A stretch of DNA of 64,000 nucleotides, taken from sequence record AP017925.1. The stretch is one strand, 5' to 3'. The position numbers and the translations under genes are program-made. The notes below the pieces were generated by a model. It saw nothing but the letters and a program-made list of their open reading frames with translations. It did not search any database and was not told the origin of the DNA. This document shows positions 1 to 9,318 of this stretch, piece after piece. Positions within the stretch are counted from its first letter, which is position 1. The number at the start of each line of letters is the position of its first letter.

Positions 1-496
1 GTTCCAGCAACGGCATGAACTCCTTCGGGATCAGATAGGAGTAATTGATGACGTGGGTGCGGATATCGCGGTTGGTCGATACCCTGGCACGAATTTCGTC
101 ACGCCAGCGGCGGGCATTGTTGACGTCTGTCGAGCGGTATTCGAATTCCAGCGTCAAGATGGTGGGCGAATACACCGGTCGCAAAAACACCCCGATGGCC
201 TGGTCGAAGAAGAACTCAGGGTATTCCGTTTGATGCACTGCGGTCGACAGCAAGCGGTCAGTCTGGTGTTCTTCCCGGACATTTACGCGCCACAGCTCAC
301 GCGAAGCAGTATTGTTGAAAGCCGGAGCACCGTCGATATCGGAGCCCGGTTGGATGGCGGCTTCGGTGTCACCATTAAAAAGGATGGTCATTGCGCTCAG
401 ACCAGTCCATTCTTGGATCTGCCGAGTGATGTCAAACACCACCGGTCGGGTTACAGATTCCCGAATCCCGTCGTTGGTATGCAGTACCTTTGGCAT
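1..496 (-). CDS. phiKZ-like virion structural protein, partial (runs off the window; absent from the ORF track)
   Basis: Manual translation from ATG at 496: MPKVLHTNDGIRESVTRPVVFDITRQIQEWTGL..., open to the window edge; same strand and codon style as neighbouring virion genes. Confidence 0.75.
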   Translation of the reverse strand, partial: MPKVLHTNDGIRESVTRPVVFDITRQIQEWTGLSAMTILFNGDTEAAIQPGSDIDGAPAFNNTASRELWRVNVREEHQTDRLLSTAVHQTEYPEFFFDQAIGVFLRPVYSPTILTLEFEYRSTDVNNARRWRDEIRARVSTNRDIRTHVINYSYLIPKEFMPLLE

Positions 497-631
497 GATT
501 GACTCGTGAAGTATGGATAGGAAACGTCTTTTTCAGACTCACAACAATTTGCGGACATAAATGCCCCCTCCAATAGCGCTTAAACGGCCCTAGAACCGTT
601 TAAGACGCTCTGGAGAGGGATTATGTCGTCA

Positions 632-2188
632 TTATGACGGAAAGCGCTGTAGAGCCTGCAAAGCCGTCTTGGTAATGACGTAGCTTTCCAGTGCCGGATT
701 ACTCATCTCGGTGTTCTGCTTGATGAAGAACCGGCTGGTGGCTGCTCGATCCTTGGGATCTTCCAGCACTGACAGCTCAACCAGCGACACCACCACCATT
801 GCACAACGCACGTACATCCACGCCATGTGTGCATATGGCTGTTGGATCGACGCGATTACCGCATTGGCGATCTTGAAGTATTCCGCCGCAAAGCTCAGGA
901 ACTGCGGCTCTGCATTGGATTGCGCTTGTTTGTTCAGGACGTCCATAGCTTTCTGGAAATCCTTGGCAAACGAGTCGTTCTTCTTGGCCAACGCCTCGAA
1001 GCCCTTCAGATTGTGCAGGACGTTGACCACTTGATCAACCATCTTGAGCAGTTCGTCGACGTTCGGTACGTTCATCGACGTTTGTGCCACAACGCCCGCC
1101 TTCTTGTCGAAGACCAGGGAAGCACCATAATGCCGGATGCCTGCGGTGATCTTCTGCGGATCGCTGCCGCCGTTGTTCTTGGGAGCATGTGCTACCAGAT
1201 AACGGTTATCCAGCAACGAAGCCAGACACACGAACTTGCGATCCGGGAAGGCGTTGAGTGCAGACTGCGGAGTCTGACCCGGCTGAGTCGTGATCTCTGC
1301 TTCCTTCCAAGTCTGCAGCCAGTGGCGTTCGATGGAGTCGCGCAGCTCAATCAGTTGCTCAGCATCCGGTTTTTTGGTCGCTTGCAGCATTTGCATGCCA
1401 GCCAGTAGCTTTTCCATCACCACCGTACTGTAGCTATCAGCAGCACGCAGGACATGACGGGTTGCGTCATTCTGCACTGTCATAACGTCTTCGAACGCAC
1501 TCCAGCCACTGATGGGCTTACCGTCGACTTGGAAGAAGCGCGAGTAAGCGCCGTAGTCGAAGACATCCGACAACGGGAATTCACGTTTCTCCAACAACGG
1601 GCGCAGCTCCAGCAATCGAGCACGGAGTTTCTCTGACATCTCAACGTAATGGTTCAACGCCTTAGCGGTAAGCTTGAACTGAATCGGAATCTCGCGACCA
1701 AAACCTTGCACGATCTTCCGGAACAGACCAGCCGTGATCTCAGCAAAGCCTTCGTTGCTCGGGACGACGATTCCGCTTACTTCAACAGCACCCATTACGC
1801 CGGGACCGTATTGATCCCACAGATCGGTAGGTCCGCCTACCAGTACAGCAGTGCTGCCTGCCCCAGCATTCAGCGGTCTAGTCAGCGCGTAAGGCGAGTC
1901 GCCATCCGGATGCAGCTTGCCATCGTTATCCACGTAGGCTTCCACTGCGGCTTTATCAGCCACGGCCAGCACCTCGCCGTTTTTGTTGGCACTTGCCAGC
2001 GTCTTGAAGTCGTTGACACGCTGTTGCTGATGCTCGGACAGCTTGACCGCTGGCTCGTCAGCCACCACAGCCTGAGCCAGCGCCTCCAAGGAACCTTGGA
2101 GTTCATCGATCTGCCGGGATTGCTCTTGCAGACCTTCGTCCAGCAATTCCCCGCTCTCGATGTTATTCTGCAGTTCAGTTTCGTTCAT
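632..2188 (-). CDS. internal head/ejection protein, phiKZ gp93/gp162-type paralog family
   Basis: Acidic N-terminal propeptide with GSLE motif, helical body, sits in a tandem paralog array. Confidence 0.7.
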   Translation of the reverse strand: MNETELQNNIESGELLDEGLQEQSRQIDELQGSLEALAQAVVADEPAVKLSEHQQQRVNDFKTLASANKNGEVLAVADKAAVEAYVDNDGKLHPDGDSPYALTRPLNAGAGSTAVLVGGPTDLWDQYGPGVMGAVEVSGIVVPSNEGFAEITAGLFRKIVQGFGREIPIQFKLTAKALNHYVEMSEKLRARLLELRPLLEKREFPLSDVFDYGAYSRFFQVDGKPISGWSAFEDVMTVQNDATRHVLRAADSYSTVVMEKLLAGMQMLQATKKPDAEQLIELRDSIERHWLQTWKEAEITTQPGQTPQSALNAFPDRKFVCLASLLDNRYLVAHAPKNNGGSDPQKITAGIRHYGASLVFDKKAGVVAQTSMNVPNVDELLKMVDQVVNVLHNLKGFEALAKKNDSFAKDFQKAMDVLNKQAQSNAEPQFLSFAAEYFKIANAVIASIQQPYAHMAWMYVRCAMVVVSLVELSVLEDPKDRAATSRFFIKQNTEMSNPALESYVITKTALQALQRFPS

Positions 2189-2189
2189 C

Positions 2190-3389
2190 TCACTTCCCTA
2201 CGTTTTCGTAACGTTCAATCGACTGCGAGCACCAGCGCAGCAGTGCCTGCATCGTACGCATGATAAAGCGCAGGTGAACGATGTAGCTGTTTTGGCCGAT
2301 TGCCGTGATATTCCGCAGCGCCACGACCGAACTCTGATCCGGGTCCTTCGACTTGACGAAAGCAGCTTCACGCAGGATCTTGCGCATCAGCTCTTCGTCA
2401 CGCGAGAAGCGTACGACGTTCTCGCACACCTTCAGCGCAGTACGGCACACGCGACGGATTTCATCCGGTGTCAGTACCGGGAAGAATGCCACACGCAGCG
2501 GAACTTCGGAATCACGGCGAATGTTGCAGTGATAAGTGAAAGTACCGTTCTCACGCACTTCCTTACCAATCACACCAGTGATGTAGTTCTGGCCGAACAG
2601 CGCCTCACTGGCATAGAAGTCCAGTGAATCGTTCTTTTTTTCAGTAAAGACGGAGAGTGTGTTCGGATCAATCGGGTTCAAGGATTCCTTGATGCCGGCT
2701 TCGAGCTTGTCACGCAGGATATCGGCTTCCTTTTTGACCCGGTCGTATTCCTTGGCGCGAGCCGCACCCACCAGTCGCACCACTTCCGCTACAGCCGAGA
2801 AACGATACTGTTGCTCAAACGTATCAGCCAGACGGTCAAACAGCTCTGGCGTCTTCTGCGGTGCAATGCCGTCGATGTTGAGCGCTACCATAATGGAGCG
2901 ATCTTTGATGTTGAGCTGAGCGGCGATGGAAGACGACAGCGAATCAGCTCGACCGATGTAGTTCTTGATCGGCAGGATCAGCTTGCGCGCAGTGATCTTC
3001 TGGTTGGCGAAGAAGTCGAAGAGCGTCTTGAAGATACGCTCCACCAAAGCGTACAGGTAGAGGATCACTTTCTTCAGTCGGCTATGCTTGACCTTGTCTT
3101 CTTCTTCTTCCTCATCGGCGCTCTCCAGAGCAGCCGTCGGGATGTTGAAGCGATCGATGTAGTTCTCCACCGCGACTTCCAGCTTTTGGAGATCGATCGC
3201 AGTAGGGTCAAAAGGATCAATGCCGTTAGCAGTTTCCTCCAGACTCTGAGCTGCGTCGAGCGCCTCATTAGCGTACGCGATGGCTTCTTCTACTTCTTGG
3301 GGGTTGACGATCGGATGGTCTTCTTGGAGAGCAGTCCTGAACCCGTCCTGCGTACCGCCCATGCTAGAACCTCCAGCAAAAATTTGCAT
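2190..3389 (-). CDS. internal head protein paralog
   Basis: Acidic propeptide ending AALES-acidic run, then a basic helix (RLKKVILYLYALVERIFKTLFDFF) typical of this array. Confidence 0.7.
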   Translation of the reverse strand: MQIFAGGSSMGGTQDGFRTALQEDHPIVNPQEVEEAIAYANEALDAAQSLEETANGIDPFDPTAIDLQKLEVAVENYIDRFNIPTAALESADEEEEEDKVKHSRLKKVILYLYALVERIFKTLFDFFANQKITARKLILPIKNYIGRADSLSSSIAAQLNIKDRSIMVALNIDGIAPQKTPELFDRLADTFEQQYRFSAVAEVVRLVGAARAKEYDRVKKEADILRDKLEAGIKESLNPIDPNTLSVFTEKKNDSLDFYASEALFGQNYITGVIGKEVRENGTFTYHCNIRRDSEVPLRVAFFPVLTPDEIRRVCRTALKVCENVVRFSRDEELMRKILREAAFVKSKDPDQSSVVALRNITAIGQNSYIVHLRFIMRTMQALLRWCSQSIERYENVGK

Positions 3390-3475
3390 GATGAGTATCT
3401 CTTTATAAAAGACAAAAGGGAGTAAGGGAGCCGAAGCCCCCTTACTCTCTCGTTATGCCGTCAGGACAGAATTGC

Positions 3476-4777
3476 TTACCGTGCCTTCGAAACCGCGATC
3501 GACTTCTGGACGTAACGCACGTAGTTGGTCGAGTTCTGCAGATTCAGACGCAGCAGTTGCGGGATCACCGCAGTCGCTACCGTCGTCAGAACCTTCAGAT
3601 ATACCGCCGCGTACTTCGAAGCAGCTTCACCTTCAGCAACCTTGGCAAAACCTTCGATCTTCTGCAGACGATCTTCCAGTGCCTTCTGGTCATCGGCCCA
3701 ACGGACGATCAGATCCAGCATGTTCTTTGCCAGATGCGGATCGGCCACCACGATGGTGTCGTCGTCAACGATTTCCGGCTGCTTCGGAGACAGCCCTGCT
3801 TTCAGATACGACTTCTCGCTGATCGGAGCGGAGTACGCCAGATACAGACGCACACCGCCGATCATCGGCTCAGTCAGACTGACGCGCAGCTGCTGGCCTT
3901 CCGGCAGTTCCGGTTTTTCAGCCAAATCGCTAGCGACTCCGGGCTCGTCGAAGACGTGCTGCTGCAGACCCTTCAGAACCTTTGCGGTGTTCTCGAAGAT
4001 GGCCAGCTGATCGCTGTTCGAACCCTTCTGAGACAGTTCGTTCAGGCTCGAAACGAACGCATCATTGAAGAAGCCGTACAGGGTCTTCGTAGCCAGAGCA
4101 CCGTAGGCTTTGAATTGCTGATTAGCATCGCCGCGGTCAGCAACCAAGCGCAGGGACTTGATGAACTTCTCGTCTTCGATAACGAGGCCGGAGTTGATGG
4201 AACCGACTTGCGGGATCAACTTCTTGGCCTCTTCGGCGACGTTCATGGAACGGGACAGGATCTTGCGAATCAAGCCGACGATCCAGGCAACGATGCGCTT
4301 AGCGGCAGCAGCCAGTCGAGCCAAGATTTCCTTGGACTTGGACTTGGCTGCATCACCAACAGCTTCGGTTTGTTCAGCAGCGGAAGCATCAGCGGCGCCG
4401 TCCTCCAAAGCCGAGACCGGATTGGGAATCTTCGCACGTGCGCAGATCTGCTCCAGACCAAAAGCCAGCGATGCTACGCTAGCCTTGTTGGCCTGACCTG
4501 ACTTAACGGTCATCTCGCAGATGTGAGCCAGCTCTTCGAGCGCAGCAACGGCTTTGTTGGCTTCCGCCAAATCGCCCTGCATCTCATCGCCAGCTTCAGC
4601 GATCGCGTCGGTATCGTTCTCGAAGCACTCATCGCGCAGTTCTGCATTCTCGGCATCCATCGTTGCGTTCTGCTGTTGCAGTTCAGCAACGCTGTCTTGC
4701 GGAGTAATGCTGGTCTCCGTTACCGCACCCGTCTCCAATCCTTCGAGTGCGGCAGAGATGTAAAGATTACGTTTCAT
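3476..4777 (-). CDS. internal head protein paralog
   Basis: N-terminal SAALEGLE and internal SALED sites; close paralog of 4787-6226. Confidence 0.75.
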   Translation of the reverse strand: MKRNLYISAALEGLETGAVTETSITPQDSVAELQQQNATMDAENAELRDECFENDTDAIAEAGDEMQGDLAEANKAVAALEELAHICEMTVKSGQANKASVASLAFGLEQICARAKIPNPVSALEDGAADASAAEQTEAVGDAAKSKSKEILARLAAAAKRIVAWIVGLIRKILSRSMNVAEEAKKLIPQVGSINSGLVIEDEKFIKSLRLVADRGDANQQFKAYGALATKTLYGFFNDAFVSSLNELSQKGSNSDQLAIFENTAKVLKGLQQHVFDEPGVASDLAEKPELPEGQQLRVSLTEPMIGGVRLYLAYSAPISEKSYLKAGLSPKQPEIVDDDTIVVADPHLAKNMLDLIVRWADDQKALEDRLQKIEGFAKVAEGEAASKYAAVYLKVLTTVATAVIPQLLRLNLQNSTNYVRYVQKSIAVSKAR

Positions 4778-4786
4778 GGTGATCCT

Positions 4787-6226
4787 TTATTTCTCGGCCT
4801 TGTCCACAGCCTTGGACACTGCGATGGACTTCTCGACGTAAGCGTTGATACGCTTCGCATTCATCATGCAAAGGTTCAGCACATGCGGCAGCGTGTTGGC
4901 AGCCAGGCCGGAGAACATGGAGAGGAACACGTGGTTGTACGTGGTCGACCATTGACCACTCCAGTGACGCTCCGTGACACCTTGGCCCAGACGCTCCAGA
5001 CGACTCAGGCTCTTCTGCACCGAACGGAACTCGGACATCCAGCGCTCTACCGATTGCAGCAGTTTGTCAGCATCCTTAGCCGACAGCACCGGGATCGATT
5101 CAGGCGCACGCAGCTTCGGATCGGATGCGCGACCGATCTTCAGCATGATTTCCTTGGCATCGGACGGGTTCTGGCGCCAGGCCATATACAGCTGAACACC
5201 ACCCACGAGTTGCGGCGTAGCCCACACGTCGATGTCATTGCCTTTCGGAGCACCGTCGATCGAACCGGAGCGCGGTTCGAACGGGAACAGGTCTTCTTGC
5301 GCTGCTTTCACAACCGGCAGAATCACACGATCCCACGGAGCACTGACTTGCTTGGTGTCGCGCAGTTCTTCGAACATATCTTCCATCAGCTTGCTGAAAT
5401 CAGCATCGAAGAAGTTGAGCGCGTTCTGAGCAAAGACGTGGAAGTTGTAGTAGTATTCCGCCACCGAGTCATTACCTTCGGGGATGCGGAGCGACTTGAT
5501 GAAGCCCTGGTCGGTGATTTCCTTGCTGTCGTCGATCTGCGACAAGCTCGCGCGCAGTTCTTTGGCCTTCTCCGCCACCTTTCCGGTGTTGGTGAAGAGA
5601 TTGCGGAAGAACGACATCACTGCTTGGATGATGCGCTTGATACCTTCCACCAGCTTCTTGCCGATGTTGGCGGCCAGGGTCTTGGCTTTTTCGCCGATGG
5701 AAGCAGCTTGTTCTTCCGGCTCACCACCTTCAGCTTCCAGAGCCGGCAGCAGGCTCTTGACGCCGATGCGATCGGTAATCTGTTCCAGACCGAAAGCGAG
5801 GCCAGCCACGCTGGCGCGGTTGGCCTGACCCGACTTGACGGTCAGTTCAGCCAGGTGGGCCAGCTCTTCAAGAGCAGCGCCAGCAGCCACTGCTTCGTTC
5901 AGGTCTTCCTGCACGGAGTCCGATGCGGACTCGATAACGTCAGCATCGTTGTCGAAGCACTCGTTTTGCAGCTCTGCGTTTTCGGTAGCGAGCTGGGTGT
6001 TCTGTTCCATCAGCTCGGCAACGGCATCGGTGCTGGAGTCCATGTTGACTTCAGTCACTTCACCTGCGGCCTGGGCAGCTTGTTGCTGTTGTTCGGTAAC
6101 GCCAGCGGCAGTGACACCATCGGTAGACTGAGCACCAGCTTCGCCACCGCCATTCTCACCACCAGTGGCCGCTTGTTCTTGCTGCAGCTCTTCGAGAGCT
6201 GCCACGATAAAGGGATTGCGTTTCAT
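4787..6226 (-). CDS. internal head protein paralog
   Basis: N-terminal AALEE and internal PALEA sites; shares ENAELxxECFxND and LEELAHxxExTVKSGQAN blocks with 3476-4777. Confidence 0.75.
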   Translation of the reverse strand: MKRNPFIVAALEELQQEQAATGGENGGGEAGAQSTDGVTAAGVTEQQQQAAQAAGEVTEVNMDSSTDAVAELMEQNTQLATENAELQNECFDNDADVIESASDSVQEDLNEAVAAGAALEELAHLAELTVKSGQANRASVAGLAFGLEQITDRIGVKSLLPALEAEGGEPEEQAASIGEKAKTLAANIGKKLVEGIKRIIQAVMSFFRNLFTNTGKVAEKAKELRASLSQIDDSKEITDQGFIKSLRIPEGNDSVAEYYYNFHVFAQNALNFFDADFSKLMEDMFEELRDTKQVSAPWDRVILPVVKAAQEDLFPFEPRSGSIDGAPKGNDIDVWATPQLVGGVQLYMAWRQNPSDAKEIMLKIGRASDPKLRAPESIPVLSAKDADKLLQSVERWMSEFRSVQKSLSRLERLGQGVTERHWSGQWSTTYNHVFLSMFSGLAANTLPHVLNLCMMNAKRINAYVEKSIAVSKAVDKAEK

Positions 6227-6398
6227 GATGTTTGGTCCGACTATAGGTTATCAAAAAGAGGAAGCCGTAAACCGCTAGCGCTTACGGTAATTTTGACCTC
6301 GATCACAATATAGCCAGCATAGAAGGCAATAGGCACGGGTGTGCCTATTGCCCCTATGTTTGGTTACACGGAGTCGAGAAGACGCCTATGTCGGCCGC

Positions 6399-7823
6399 TT
6401 ATTCCTTGTGGCCGCCGCGATTGGCAGCCTTGGCTTCAGCGATCGAGAAGCGAATCCAGCGGGTCGCGCCGAAGTGGTTGAAGTACAGGCCGTGAGCGGC
6501 ACCGAACACGCAACCGGCGGACAGGTCAGCCAGAACGCGCATCAGGTTGCTGTACTTCGACAGCAGCTTGCGAGCAACTTCGCGGTCATCCTTGTCGTAG
6601 CTGTGACGGGCCTTGTACTTCGGCTCGAAGTCAGCGTCGAACAGGGCGTCCAGAGCGGACATCACTGCGCGCTCGGCGCGAACAGCGGTTTCCTTCAGGT
6701 GCTTGATGTCGGCCGGCGAAGCGATCTTCACGCCAGCCGAGAAATCACGCTTGCCTTCTTCGAACACGACCTTGGTGCCTTCCAGGCCACCGGTGTTGTC
6801 CACGGTCACGCGTTCCGGCAGGTTCACTTCAACCTTGACGGAGCTGTGCTGGAAACGGGACTCGCCCATGTCCTGCAGGCCCTTGGCGGTGCTGATGCAG
6901 CGGTTCATCGCAGCAACAACGGTCTCGGGCTTGTCGGTGGCCCAGGAGTTCGACAGGGCGCGCATTTCGCCGACCAGCTTGTTCTCGACGAGGCGGATCA
7001 CTTCGTCGAATTCCGAGCCGGCGTTATCGACGGCGGCGATCGGGTTCTTGGTCGAGGACGGTGCATAGAAGCGCTCTTGCACGGTCTTTTCCCACTTGGC
7101 GCTCTGGAACGGCTTGCCAGCGTGACCATTGAGGATCTGGCCTTCTTTCTCCAGCTTCTCGTAGATCTTCGGCAGGCCGCGGAAGTAATCCGCGAAGCGC
7201 TTCAGCTTCTCGCCGGTCAGCTCGAAAGCTTTCTTGGCGAACTTGGCCACAGCAGCCCACACCTTTTCGGCGCGTTCTTTGACCACGTCGACGAAGCCTT
7301 CGGTAGCGACGCGTTGGTCGAAGCCGAAGGATTCCAGAGCCACGCTTTCTTGCAGCGGCTCGCCGATGCCGGCCGCGTCGATAGCGGTGGTCAGCATCTG
7401 CACGGTTTCCGGGGTCAGACCTGCGCCCGGCTCGCCGACGGCAGCGGGAGCGCCTTCACCTGCTTCACCAGCTTCGCCGGCTTCAGCTTGAACCGGCTCC
7501 AGGCTGGCTTCAGCTTGTTCGGCGATGTCTTCCAGGGCAGCACCCATGCGGCAGAAGCGCATGGCGACGGATTGGAGGTGTTCCAGCGCCAGGGTATGTT
7601 CCTGGCTTTCCGCGACGGCGTCGATCTCGTCGTGGTCGGCAATGGCGGCGTCTTCGCCGAATTCCTTGGCGGCCTTCACGTCGTCGGTCGACGGTTCAGC
7701 CAGGCTGCCGTCTTCCTTGAAGCCGGGTTTCGGCTGCAGGGTCGACACTTCGGTCACTTCGGAGATATCCACCGCACCGGATGCTTCGCTTTCCAGTGCC
7801 GCGGTGAAAAAGTTTCGTTTCAT
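6399..7823 (-). CDS. internal head protein paralog
   Basis: MKRNFFTAALES start, VALES and ATEG sites, acidic propeptide. Confidence 0.75.
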   Translation of the reverse strand: MKRNFFTAALESEASGAVDISEVTEVSTLQPKPGFKEDGSLAEPSTDDVKAAKEFGEDAAIADHDEIDAVAESQEHTLALEHLQSVAMRFCRMGAALEDIAEQAEASLEPVQAEAGEAGEAGEGAPAAVGEPGAGLTPETVQMLTTAIDAAGIGEPLQESVALESFGFDQRVATEGFVDVVKERAEKVWAAVAKFAKKAFELTGEKLKRFADYFRGLPKIYEKLEKEGQILNGHAGKPFQSAKWEKTVQERFYAPSSTKNPIAAVDNAGSEFDEVIRLVENKLVGEMRALSNSWATDKPETVVAAMNRCISTAKGLQDMGESRFQHSSVKVEVNLPERVTVDNTGGLEGTKVVFEEGKRDFSAGVKIASPADIKHLKETAVRAERAVMSALDALFDADFEPKYKARHSYDKDDREVARKLLSKYSNLMRVLADLSAGCVFGAAHGLYFNHFGATRWIRFSIAEAKAANRGGHKE

Positions 7824-7914
7824 GTTGGTGTACTCGATTCTGTCAAGTCGATGGAGGCTAGTGGAATGAAGCCCGTCGTAAGATAGGCTCCATTCCTTCT
7901 AAGCAGGCTGTGGA

Positions 7915-9243
7915 TTACTCACCTTTCTTGGTGAAGGCACCCTTAACCTTGTTGCCAGCAGCGGCGGCAGCTTCGCCAGCCTTCTCGCCCAGGCTCTTGT
8001 CGCCGCGGTGAGCGGAGATAGCAGCCTGGCAGTATTGCAGCGCGATGGTCGAGGCGCTGGTTGCGTAAGCGTAAGCAGCAACCTGCGGACCCTTGATGAT
8101 GCGCGGTACGACGGCCTGCATCGCCTTGAGTTGCTTGGAGTCTTCACCAGCAGCACGGTTCTTGCTGGCAGCCTTGTCGAGTTCCTTGTTCAGGGCGTCC
8201 AGTTGGCCGATGTTCGACTGGTAGATCTTGACCAGTTGGCCCAGGCCGACGATGTATTCGGCGATGGCCTTGATCTCTTCACCGTTCGGTGCGGCAACTT
8301 CGTTCAGCGGCTTGACTTCGTCGACCTTGCTGATGCCGTGGTTCCAGTATTGCAGAGCTTCCCAGTTGTCCGGGTAGCTCACCCACGCACGGTAACCGCC
8401 GAAGAACGGCTTGGTCAGCAGGGTTTCGGTGCCAGCACCGGCCTTGACGGCTTGCGCTTGAGCCGGAGTGGCCTTCTCGTGGTAGGAACCAGCTGCCTTC
8501 GCCAGAGCGTCGGTGAAGCGTTCCATCACACCTTCGGCCGAGGAGCTGCCCGAAGCAACCACGTCGATGCAGGTGCGGCATTCCTTGGTCAGGATTTCGG
8601 CGGACTTGCCGCCTTGGTCGGTAGCGTGTTCGCTCACCGCCATCAGCACTTCACCCACCTCGACGTTCTTGTAAGTGGCGATCTTGGCCAGCAGGCCCTT
8701 GTCGTCGATCTTGGCACCGGTACTGGTGTTCAGGTCTTTCAGCTGATCGATGATCTTCTGCGCTTCGGCAGCGTTCTTGACGATGCGGTCGGTGTAGCGA
8801 GCCCAGGTTTCACGAACCCACTGAGCGATGCGCTTACCGAAGTTGCGCAGCATTTCCCAGACCTTGGCAGCGAAGGCCTTGACCTTTTCCAGCACGCCCT
8901 TCTTGGACTTGTCTTCCAGCAGCTTCTGCGCACCGCCGGCGGCTTCAGCCATGTCGTTGGATTCGAGGGCCACGTTCACGGCCTTCTCGACGAACGGTTC
9001 CAGCGGAGCTTCCGGAGCACCCGGGGCTTCATCGATCAGGGAGATGATGTCTTCCAGACCTTGAGCCGATTCGGTGATCATGGCCAGGTCGTTGTCGATG
9101 TCCTCGGATTCTTGCGGGAAGTCGACGCCGGCGGTTTCAGCTTCGAATTCGCCGTCGGTGGGTTGTTCAGCAACGATTTCGGAGTTCACGTCTTCCGCGA
9201 ACTCTTCCAGCGCAGCCATGGTTTTTGCGAAGGATTGTTTCAT
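7915..9243 (-). CDS. internal head protein paralog (start moved to MKQSFAK)
   Basis: MAALEEF motif shared with 9319-11094; VALES site; start placed at the Met that precedes the shared motif. Confidence 0.75.
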   Translation of the reverse strand: MKQSFAKTMAALEEFAEDVNSEIVAEQPTDGEFEAETAGVDFPQESEDIDNDLAMITESAQGLEDIISLIDEAPGAPEAPLEPFVEKAVNVALESNDMAEAAGGAQKLLEDKSKKGVLEKVKAFAAKVWEMLRNFGKRIAQWVRETWARYTDRIVKNAAEAQKIIDQLKDLNTSTGAKIDDKGLLAKIATYKNVEVGEVLMAVSEHATDQGGKSAEILTKECRTCIDVVASGSSSAEGVMERFTDALAKAAGSYHEKATPAQAQAVKAGAGTETLLTKPFFGGYRAWVSYPDNWEALQYWNHGISKVDEVKPLNEVAAPNGEEIKAIAEYIVGLGQLVKIYQSNIGQLDALNKELDKAASKNRAAGEDSKQLKAMQAVVPRIIKGPQVAAYAYATSASTIALQYCQAAISAHRGDKSLGEKAGEAAAAAGNKVKGAFTKKGE

Positions 9244-9318
9244 TTCAGGTATCCGAAAAATGGAGTTGGCGATCAGAGAGTGGGACAAGCCCACTCTCCT
9301 CACTCAGACAGTTGTTGA

